Below are positions 25,361-36,700 of a stretch of DNA of 64,000 nt, in pieces. Below the pieces are notes generated by a model that was not told the DNA's origin, searched no databases, and saw nothing but the letters and a program-made list of their open reading frames with translations. The translations under genes and the position numbers were made by a program. Location: assembly GCA_963924565.1 (NCBI GenBank), contig OZ004611.1, forward strand, positions 20,088,001 to 20,152,000. The letters are read 5' to 3'. Numbering within the stretch: position 1 is the first letter of the stretch; the number at the start of each line of letters is the position of its first letter. The DNA comes from Ascidiella aspersa (lineage: Eukaryota).

Positions 25361-25789
25361 CTTATTTTTTAAAAACACAAAAGCAAAAGCTACAATTCTA
25401 CGATAAATTAGTGTTATTGCCTTGGTTATAGTTTCTTTCTGGGTTTGTGGTGCTTTGGTTTACTTGGACTTCCGACTTGTAATTCAGTTGGCCTATTTAC
25501 TATTGGCTTCTCTTTTTTTAGGTTGGATGTCGCTTCGTTAACCCGTATATTTTGGTGGTTTTTCGCTTGTATGTTGTTGTCCTGGTGAAGTCTTTTGTTG
25601 GGTTCAGTCAGTGCTTGAGGGTCCTTTTTGTCGTTACATTATCTTCTAAGCTTCTAAGTAAAGGCCTACTCTTTTTCCAAAGTTACCAAAATAAATTATT
25701 TATTGAAGACAAATTACCTCTGCAGAAATATTGTAATGTCGTCACGTTGAATCTAAAAAAACAGTAAATACAGATAATCAAACATACAA

Positions 25790-26240
25790 AAGAGAGATAA
25801 AATGAAAGTCGTATCTTCAGAGACTTGGCAGCCCGGTGTTTCGTCATCTATTTGCCTTTATATTTTTTATGATAATTCAAGAAGGATTTCTTTTACATCT
25901 ATCCTTGTGGTAGCTTCCGTATTTTTTTGACAAAATTGTCAGATATAAATTGTTTATGTTTTTTTTGGTATCATTATATCAACTATGCCTCTTTCAACGC
26001 TAAAACGTTTGATATCAACACCAAATTAAGATAGCAATAAGGATTGAAATGAAAAATGTAATGATGAAGTAATAAGGTGTAGTTATTGCGCAATAAGCTT
26101 TGGTCATACTTAGAAGATTATCCTAAAGTTTACTGCAAAATACCTGTAACTTATTAGGCTACTTAATCAATAGAAAATTAGGAAATATTTAGTAAACGGA
26201 CCCATAAGTAGTAAAGGGAGGTTTCAACAAGAGAAGGATC

Positions 26241-26280
<40 letters not shown>

Positions 26281-27080
26281 TCAACATATTATTTTTTAAC
26301 ATAAATGTAAACTTATCTTCCACTGGGATGTTACTTGTACATTTGTCAGCCTCGAGTTCTGGTAGGTTGTGTTGCCAACAATTCGTTTCCTCTTCCCGGC
26401 ACGATAGTAGAAATTCGGTGCTCGAGAACGTGTTGTAATACCAACCATTATTATTGGAGTTCAAAAGTATATGATAAATGTTTGAAGATATCTTATCTTC
26501 TGCTTATTACAATCTGCCATGCTTTTTTTGAATACAGAGTTACATATGGTAATGGAGTTTGGATATATCGGTACAAAGGGCGTTTCGTCCAACTCTGCTG
26601 GCAAGGCTGCAGTAAGTTTATTATAAGTAATAAAATCCATATTTTTTGTCGCAGATACCGTCGTTGTCAATAAGGTCTCCCGATTCGGTTAATACAGCTG
26701 ATACAAAAGTTTCCAATACAAAGGACGATGTCTGGTTTTTAAATTTTTGGATAACCTTGATTATGTTTTCATTATCCTCTTTAAAATTTGTGATCTATTT
26801 TGTAAATCAAAATCGGTATAACTAAACTTTTAAAATTTGTAAGTTTTCCTCAGAGGGTCAAGATATTGAAGATGGAATCGATTTTTGATAACGTATCAGG
26901 AAAATGTTAATCTTTGAGCGTATTTGCATCGTAATCAAATTTATTGGGATATAAACTTCAAGATATCTAAAGGAGAGGTCGGGCCACAACAGATCATTAT
27001 TGTCTAATGGCTTTGTTACGGAGTTCTTATCATAGCATGCAATCAATTTATGTATGTTAAATCCTGTTTGTTGTATCGTG
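25790..27080 (-). pseudogene. Possible decayed coding sequence (Cys-containing segments, then a hydrophobic segment and basic tail); family not recognised
   Basis: Successive overlapping short minus-strand ORFs, then YYFIITFFISILIAILIWC near 26010-26070 with downstream stops. Confidence 0.3.
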
Positions 27081-28169
27081 GCGTCCCCTAGCCGGGGCGT
27101 GAATGGTTAGCAATGTGGGCGGACTCAATGAGAAATATATATTTACAGTCAAAATTTGGAAACACGAATATATTTTTCAAACTAATATTTGCCGCGTTTG
27201 AAGCATAATAAGTTTTTTAGACCAACTTAATTGTTGTTCACTGAAAAACATCTTGTTTTGCTAATTCTTATATATAGTTACAGTGGCACGAATACTGAAG
27301 GATACTTCCTATGCTATTTTGTTTGTGGGTACAAAATGACTTGACTGGGACTCAAAATGACTTGTTTACAACACTACCAGTTTGACAAGGCAATATTTGC
27401 AATTTTTCGCACCTTTACAAAACGCGACAGATATGTTTTTATTGCTAAAAAGGCATTATTACCTGTTCGCTACCTACACAAAACACAACTGGCAAGTTTG
27501 GTCGTTACAAAGCGGCTATAATCTCTTCCCTGCACCAAATGCTGCAACTTCAAAGGGAGCGTCCAAGACGGCAACAAAAATACAAGTTGTTTCAAAATAC
27601 GCTAATGTTTCAAGAAACGTAAAGTTAATAAACAAGAAAAATGTGAGGTGGTTGTTGTGCGACAGAAGCCTATACAAAAATACGACAAACATAAAATTGT
27701 TTGGTACTTCTCGGTTCTTATTACTTTAAGAGTCGTTCTTACGAATGCATGGGTGTGTAGCTTGTGTTCCGTACAAACAGCATTAGGCCTAGTAAGCTCC
27801 AGTCTAGAGTTTTCAACTATCGATATAATCTTTATCAGTGGAATCATTTTAGGTGTATTCACTTGATGTTTCCATATAAAAGATAGTGCTATCACGTTTG
27901 CTCATTAACTAAACAAAAACGATAAACTGCGAATTATACGACACTTTTTTATCTAATAACAATTCATACTTTAACAGTAATTTTTTTTACTAAATTTCGA
28001 ATGCAGTAGGCAGCTTAAAAAGCAATGACAGAGATGCTTAAATTTCGGTTATGTTCTTAACATTATTTAGAATTTATGTTGGTAAAAATAAATAGGGTAA
28101 AAATCTGAATGTGGCAAAGGGCAAAATTATAGCAAAAGTTGCAAATGATAAAACTTATATAATCTGATA

Positions 28170-31100
28170 TCAGCTAGAATCTTTCTTCTGTTGGGATTTA
28201 AGCGACCGTCCGTAGATGGAATCTAAGCCCAACCCTGTTAAAAAAACGAAAATAATTTTGTGACGAAATTAAAACACAATTTATTATAGGGTTAAATAAA
28301 TACTATCTATTCTAACATCTAGATATTCTAAATTATTTTTAAGGTGCGCATCTACAAGGTAATAAAAACATTATTATAGGGTTAAATAAATACTAACTAT
28401 TTATTTTTATAAATAAACAAAGATCTAAAACCTAAATGTTTCAAACTAATTTCAAGGTGTCCGTCTACAAAGTGACAGAGATTAATAAAATAAGGTTTCA
28501 AGAAAAATAATAACACACAAATAGTGTCTTACCTGCGAAAACGAGGAAAGTGCTCAACCATTGGCGAGTGCTTAGCGGATTTTGAAAAATAATGACAGAG
28601 CACAAGACAGTGAAAAACTTGCGAGTCGTAGTAATCACGGAACAGGTTAAAGGTCCGAACGTAACAACCTGAAAAAAAAAGTTGACATTTCGTGCTACTG
28701 CTGACAAAATTATGGAACGCAACATGGCAAACCAGGTAAGTGGTTATGAACCCAAACTTATTTTACATTTCAAAAAAAAAAATCACAAAATTTCTCCACT
28801 TACCTGGTTTGCCATGTTGCGTTCCATAATTTTGTGATTTTTTTTTTTTGAAATGTAAAATAAGTTTGGGTTCATAACAACAACACATGATCCGAACAAA
28901 ACCACAAAGGTTGTATAAAAGATCTAAAACAACTTTATTTAACAAAAGCAGAATACTATATAGTTACGCAAAAAAGCATCATCAGTTCTGCTAATTTCTT
29001 ATTCAAATAGACTCTTTTTTGCGTAACTATATAGTATTCTGCTTTTGTTAAATAAAGTTGTTTTAGATCTTATTTACAACCTTTGTGGTTTTGTTCGATC
29101 ATATGATATGGAAAAAAGATCAACAACTAGAAATGTCGGAGCAGGCTTAGATCCCGATATTAACAAAAATAAGAATAATAATAATATTATTATTGTTTCA
29201 TCAACAAGAACAACACAGGATTTGTTTGATTGAAATTGACAGTAGAGTGTGGGTTTAATTTGTATTTTCTTCTTTTACTTGAACTTACAACAAAAATTGA
29301 ACCGTAATACAGAAATGACAAACTACCATTTTTAAAAAAAATTAATTCTCTTTGTTTAAAATAATATCTATTTTTTTTTCAACAAAGGCATTTAAAGGAG
29401 CAACCCAACAGAAGAGTGAGATTCCCAAAAATTCAACACTTACAGTTAAAAATATGTAATGCTGTCCAAAGGCGGAGCAGACGCTGAACATTGCCAAATA
29501 TGTAAGCACTTCGGGGTGCAAAATAACAAACTTCAGAAACAGGATGCCCTGACCGGTTGCTACAAGGCCTTAAAAGAAAATATAGGATTAAAACAGAACT
29601 TTACATAGATGCAAGTTTTTTCCTTTAAATGTGTTGTGATTGCCTAGCACAGAAGTTATTAAACTGGGGTCCATGGACCCCTTTGGTGTCCATGAACTAG
29701 ATTTGGGGGTCCATAAAGGCCTAAGGAAAATAGTAGTGTATATTTTAAAAGTAACCCATTTTTAAAATAAGTTTAATTAAAAATAAAACGTTTTGCAGTG
29801 AATGAAGACTACATTCAATTTTCATATTTTTTGGACAGAAATCAGTAAATTTTAAAGTCTATTGGTATTGTGACGTCATTTTTGATAATTTCTTACAAAT
29901 CGTAGCCCACGCGAAGCCAAAAAAAATATTAAGGGTCTGCTGTAAACAAAGTTTAAGAACCCATGGACTAGCATGTTCACCAAACAAAAACATGCTTGTG
30001 ACAATGCGCCACTACAATAAAGTAAACCCGCATAAGTACCTAAACGGAAGATATGTTTGTTTTAGGTTTTAAAGAACAGTTGGTACTTAAACTGCTTTTC
30101 ATAGTTTAAGGTGTTAATGTTGTGCTGAGAGATATTGTTTACAGTAACTGCCAGGTAAAAATAGTAAATATATTCTTTTGAAAACTCTTTAATCAACATA
30201 CCAATGCCTAGAAGAAGACATGACCACAAGTTGATGTTGTACATCATGTGGTGGTGATTGGTTTGATAAGACGCTCGCATTCGCTCTTGCGTCACCCCGG
30301 TGAAACCATCCAGCGATAATGACACAAGCTGAATTAGAGATAAAACATTTACTTTAAGAATTGAGCCTATGGTCAACATGGTATTTTACTTGAAACTAAA
30401 ATAAGAAATCAAAATAGGAAGGTATGACATTCTTTTGAAGCCTTAGAAATATGCATACAATTTACTGAGGTGAATCATTTTTGTTCACCACAAGAGGTAT
30501 AACTTCTTGGCTCAAATAAAATTCATTAAAACACCTGCAAAACTGGCCTGTACTTTTTACATAAAAATAAAACATCATTGTTTAATTTACAATTAAAAAA
30601 ATAATATATATATATATCTATACATATAAATGTTGAATTACCAATAAAATTTCGCCGAAACCAATCGAAAGCAGGTGATCAGAAACATCAACAGCACTGT
30701 CGGCATGCTTGTCTTTGTAAATAAACCCAGCTACTCCAGTCACGATCATCACAATGAACAAATACTTGGCAAGTGGATAGCGCTTGTGGGCAAATAAAAC
30801 CCCAAGAATCATGACCGGTATGGGCTTGCATGCCTTGCCGATTACCTGGAAGTGAAGTTGGTTTAAAAATAAGCGATCTGGTGAATTATGTTACAACAAC
30901 TAGCAAGGTGCTTAGGATTTGCTTTATAACTTCAGAATTAAACAATACGTGTCTTTTTCTTAAACTATTATCATGCTCTATGTGGAATGTTTTATGTTGG
31001 TAATGTTTTTAAACTGTTTAACTAACCAATATTGTTTTTGAAAAATGTTTTAAAATTAATACCATTTGGTTTGAAAGTTTAGTGAAAAAATATGGTTAAG

Positions 31101-33708
31101 TGCCCATTGCCAAATACTAAAGGTTTAGGCCTACGATTTACCCAATAACTTTATAATAAATTTGTTATGTTAAACTAACCATTTCCATTCTTGAAAAATT
31201 TTTTCAAAAAAATATTACTACCTGGTTCTATTTGTTACATTCCTAAAGTTAAATTAAACCAACCATTTGCATTGTGGTAGAGACTAGGTTTACATGTTAT
31301 TTATTTTGTTTTTACAAAACCATAGATCAAATTCAGAATATAACTAAAACACTGCTTTGAGCTGATTGGCAAGTAACTAAATAATTATTAAATAACACTT
31401 AGACAGCAAGACATAATTACGTAAACTACTGCTTAAAAAAAATAATAGTTCATTTACTTGAGTAGGATAACTGATGTACAGCAGCGCCTGGTTACTTGCC
31501 ACCATTGCACCCATGTAGCAAAATGCACATAATGCATATAAAAGTTTGGGTGTCCTGTCTGGCTCAGGTTTCGTATAAGACATTACTGCAGAAATAATTT
31601 TAGCAGTTAGAAAAACAAATAACACAGCAAATGTTTTGTCAAACAGCCTACTGAAAGCTATTAAAAAATGAAAACAGAACTATAAAAACATATGGTTTAC
31701 TAACTCGACAACATAAAAAAGAAACATGCCAACATTGTTTTAAAACATGAACTTGATTATAAATATAAAATATTTGCAAGAAAATATTTTTTTTAAAGTT
31801 ACTTTTTAGAGAAAGGATTTATTGTTAGAATCCATATATCACTTGACAAAATACTTGCGTGATTTTGTATAAATAAATAATTAATTAATTAGATATACAG
31901 AACTTACTTCCTTTGGAAAACACGGCATTCAATACACACTGAACAAAAACAAGTGCCTGTGCAAATACAAAGCGATCTCTGCCATAATCTCCCTTCGTTC
32001 TGCAAAACAAAGTTTGTATTATAAAAATGTAAAAGAACACAGGTTTCATATAAGCGTGGTTTAACTTACAAACGCTCTTGGGAAATGCCAAGCAGAAGGT
32101 AGCAAACAATTATGCCACATGTACAAGTGATCAACTGCTTGGTTTGATTGTACTTGGGAGGAAAGTCAGACATTGAGCTGACAATTTTTTTAACTGAAAG
32201 GAATTGTTTTTGTCAGGGGAAACCTTCGATTTTTTTAAATTTAATGCAAGGCTTTATTATTAGCTATCAGCACCATCACCTGAATAAGTATATTAACAAA
32301 ACACATCATATTTATATCAATTGGTGTGTGTGTGTGTGTGTGTGTGTCTGTGTTTAAATTAAAATGATTTACTGCAGATGGCATTACTAGCAGAATTCTG
32401 TTGCAACTTTAGTTTTGGCACTATTACAGTACTAATTAAATACTTATAATACCTTTTAAACTTATATATATGTTCAGGGTTTATTCTACTTACGAAAAAA
32501 GAATCTAGATTTTTCGCAACATCTATTTAACAACTCGGAGCTTGTCTAGAATCCTACCACATTTCTGTCTGAGGGTATATATTGCTAATATTACTTGGGT
32601 TAGGGTGGGTCAAACTATTTTTATATTTATTTTCCATATTTTTGTCATTTTAAATTTGACAACTCGTTCCACTACTGTAAAATTACAAAGAGGGTATTCA
32701 CCCAGATAAGTAGTTTAAATCTACATATAATCTTGCTGTTGTGTAACATTTTTAAAGAAATCTGATTGGGTAGACATACAGTATCTGTGCATGGACCAGC
32801 AAGAAATATTATAGTCACTTTAACCCATATGTAAGGTGTACAGCATTGCGACTAACACACCAAAAATACCAGAGGCTTTTTACCAGGCTAGCAAAGTATT
32901 TTAAATCGACTTCCGAAAAAAAAATCATTAAAATTACGCAAACTTGGAAAATGTGATCTAATACTACCACCACACAACCGCTAACCCAAATCAATATATA
33001 AACACGTATTGGTGCAAGCGTAAAAAAGCAGCGACCCGGTCAAACCAAATAGACACTTAAACTTTCAAACAGAAGTGTTAGAATTATAGACCGGCGCCAT
33101 AAGATTACCTAAAGCGATGCGAAAAAACTGCCAATTAATTTAATTTACCGTAATACCTAAAGCCGACCGGAAAAGCAACTAGTGCCTGTATAAGAAACGA
33201 CAACCTTAGTTCGTTCAGTAAACAACTGCTGCTGTCATAAATACTCTTAAGCATGTGGATTTGTGTACATGTACAAAACCACTCAAGCGCGTCAAGCCTA
33301 CGTTGCGCATGTTGTTCGGCCATGCGTGACCGTTGACCTCACAATACGTGGCTAAATTTGACAGCTGATTCCGATTAGCTTGTTACCTCACAACCTAGTC
33401 TTAAGGCGTACTTACATTTCTTCTTGGAGTATTCCATACAACAGATAGAAAACAAATATCCCGCAGGCGTAGGTCACCACCTTTCTGCCTTCTTCAGTTT
33501 GGGCCGACTTGGCGTTACAGCCTAAAAATTGGCAGATTCCGCTAAGTCGAAATTCGTACGACGGGGATGCCTCCTGGGGCACAAGACGGAGGCCCTTCTC
33601 AACTTCATTCATACTAGCCTTATATGGGAAGGCCACATTGTCAGAATCTGTGTCGCCCGACGTGTCTAGCTCTGAAGCAATTTCTATTTGTTCTACTTTC
33701 GCAGGCAT
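28170..33708 (-). CDS. SLC35B1: Solute carrier family 35 member B1 (UGTrel1/AXER), 8 exons: 33708-33416, 31999-31908, 31585-31458, 30845-30642, 30328-30202, 29568-29444, 28668-28533, 28234-28170
   Basis: All GT-AG and in frame: [92 protein letters not shown]. Ends GLGLDSIYG...KKDSS*. Confidence 0.95.
28704..29102. repeat. Cluster of inverted repeats in SLC35B1 intron 6: interleaved A-B-A'-B' plus a ~90-bp hairpin C-C'
   Basis: A 28704-28743 / A' 28796-28835 (40 bp perfect). B 28743-28792 / B' 28828-28878. C 28887-28976 / C' 29014-29102. Confidence 0.92.
28998..29013 (-). other. Ascidian spliced-leader-like 16-mer (exon part only, no SL intron)
   Basis: AGTCTATTTGAATAAG versus Ciona SL ATTCTATTTGAATAAG (15/16). 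Followed by AAATT, not GT. Confidence 0.7.
29650..29965. mobile_element. hAT MITE in SLC35B1 intron 5
   Basis: Degenerate TIRs. TSD GCCTAGCA/GACTAGCA. GGGGTCCATGGACCCC motif shared with 61706-62029. Confidence 0.72.
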
Positions 33709-36700
33709 TCCAAGGGGTAATAATCTACCAAAAGAACAAATATAGGCGTTAACTTAGCGAATGTTGACCAAGGAAAAGTCGATTCGAATGAAAAGCTGCC
33801 GCACCATACAAAACTGGTTGTGCCCTGCGGCTTTGCTTACAACAGTTATACGTCGGTGGGGAGTACGTACAGTTGTACACTCGTACAGCTTTATACACAG
33901 CGACGGTGCAATATTAGAGCAACGCGAACACAATGGCATAATCACAACGAAATTGCCATGGCAGGTCACACAAGTACTGCGGGTGGCCAATGTAGTGTTT
34001 GTATGAGTCTGTTGTTCGTGCCAAAAAATCGTGACAACCGGCAATTGTGCGTAATTATCTTAAGGCGAGGACAGCTGACTGAATTTAGGTCATCTCTTAC
34101 TATGCGTTGCGTAGTACTAATAAAGCTCAGCGTTGTACTCAAGCTTCCTAAGGTTATTTTGTAATAGCGCGAATGGTGGAGTAGGGTATATTCAATTTTC
34201 TAGGTAGGCTAAAACAGTTGTATCATGCGCGTAAGTCTAGCTAGGTAGGTTATTTATGCTTAGCACCTGTCAATGTTGCTACATTGTCCATTGATCGACA
34301 AGACAACTCCCAATATGAGTAAAATCTCTCTGCGGCATTAAATTATAAGCAAAAACCTGTAACACATTGCATAGAATAAGCTTCACAGGTTTTCAATATG
34401 TTAACAACGAAAATTTAAACAGTATAAACGCCGCGGGCGAACGCACAAAAACAATATAAAGTCTACATAGAGCGAAACACGTTTACAACCTGCTTTGTGT
34501 TTGAACACAATACGTCGGCTTACTTTTTCGAGTGCAACTCGTTCGGAGCGAAAGCGAACGACACATTTCGAGCGGAAGGCTAAATGTATACAAGAACTCG
34601 TTGAGTCATGTATCGCATACAGACCAACACCGAACAGAAAATACGATGATAAAACTCGCGATATGGTTCCACACTTTAGTTAAAAAGGCTGCACTTTACA
34701 AGAACTCTAACTGTCGCTTCGCGCCAAAATTTACTTCCTATTTTAGTATGTCAGGTCATTATTATGCTGCCTCGCATCACTATTCTGCCAAAAATATTTG
34801 TCCTAATGTCTCCTATTTTGTACCAACATTTCTAAATTACCTATAGTAACCCCTATTAAAACTACATTCCCTCGTAAGTGTTGTTTATTATTCAGTAGCC
34901 CTACTTAATTTTTTTCATTATTCCTAGCTAAAAATCTGGTTCCCGGTTCCTAAAAGGATTTTTGTATTTTTAAATTGTTTGAGTGCTTTATATTAGTTTG
35001 AATCTATAATTGCGGTTTTATCGAAAATGTTACCCTGTCCAACGAAATTTTAAGTCATCCAATGGGAACAAACAACTCGAATTCAGCCTATTTGGTCGTA
35101 AACGACTATAGAATTCCGTAAATAAATTTCTAATTTATAATGCGTAAAAATAAAATGCTGTAAATCTAGTTCTAATCTAATAAAAAAAAATTAGTTGTCA
35201 AATTCTGACTTTACGGAATAAAATTTGCGCACCAAATAAATATATTTGGATTAATTGCTCTCCAAAAAAATTGTCGGGCGTTAGCCGCCTGGAACGTTTG
35301 TTTTAGCAGTTTGTTTGTACCGTGCTGACGACATTTGATTCACAGAGACTTAAATCAAACTTCGTGTGTTTCTCTTACAATCGATGTTATTAATAGTTGT
35401 AACACTCATGTAAACGTGCGTTACGCTTAAACTATAAAGCACAAGTACAAATAAATTAAACTTTGTTATAGTCGTTGGTTAACAAACTTATAGCATGGTC
35501 ATTAACAAATTTTAAAGTTTCTGTTCATTTCAAAATCTGTTTTCGTAAACATAAGTGTTAATCTCAATATCGCAAAACAACAACAACAATAACAACAATA
35601 ACAAAGTTATGAAAATAAACATATGTAATTTTGAACTTTGGCGTATGTTGGTTAATATTTATGAATTGATTTTCCCCAATTTTTGCGAAGGAATATGACT
35701 TGACTTACGTTAGGTGGCGGTAGCAAACCGTAAAAACATGTAATGAGTGAAGTTTTGTTCGGCGTATTAAAAAGCATAAATAATACAAAGTACAAATGAT
35801 ATCCCCAAGGGGCAATTTTTTCGTGAGACTAGTTGAATATTATTTAAAGATTTAAAATACCTTTTTAACACCATTTAACAAACAGCAAAGTTATTTTAAC
35901 TCCACGTAGGCTACTCGTTGTTTCACTGTCTTTTCGTTATAGGCTTCAACCGCTTTGTGCAACAGAAGCTATAACAAAATACTTCAAACGTGAAACCTTC
36001 AAGAAGCCGCTGTTTGTGATTTACAGTGTTGTTTTTTATCTGAATGCAAGCAAAAAACACAAAAATTGATTTCGCAACAACAAAATAAAATCTTTACAAA
36101 TTGTTTTAAAACTTTTCTATTCAGCGCTGCTGACCAATTTAACATTATACTTATTACCTAGTCGCCCCAGAGGTTTTAGCGTTTCAATAGCTACATCATC
36201 CTGCAATTATGTCAGATAACAACACAAGGCCTATTTTTGGCCAATACTAGACAAAATATTTGCTTCAATCCAGACCAATTCACGTATTATTCAGAAATAT
36301 TCAACAGTTTTAATAAATAAGGAATTCACTAAAAATCGACCCGATTATATTTGTAATGTAGAATTGTGGCAGTATGTCGGAAAGAAAGTCATTTTCTATT
36401 TTTAATTTTACTTTATTTGGAAATACCGTGTTGGTGATAAATTAGGGTTGCCAAATTTGATAACGCACATTCCCCAAATCTTGTGTTTCTCGTGAATACA
36501 AATCTTAATACAGTAGCCCTACAAAATTTTGAATAATATTCTAATTTTAAACAATTTCGGAGACGATGTTTGTAACGGTAGTACCAAAATATTTCAATTG
36601 CCGGACATTTGAGCATGTTTTAGCGATTTAATTTGACGCACAATTCAAAATTCAATACCCTGTCAGATTATGAGCGTCAGTTTCTCGCCAACTGCGCAGA

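Larger units (their letters stand above)
20952..25687 (+). repeat. Copy 3 of composite repeat unit (lacks the first ~1 kb)
   Basis: Colinear with the reverse complement of 14116-18160. Private MITE at 24524 and U1/U4 block at 25218-25360. Confidence 0.95.

Noticed and set aside
28797-28807. ACTTACCTGG as a U1 snRNA 5' end
   Set aside because: No further U1 similarity; it is the complement of a consensus splice donor.
28998-29013. Functional SL RNA gene
   Set aside because: The leader is not followed by a GT donor or an SL intron with Sm site.
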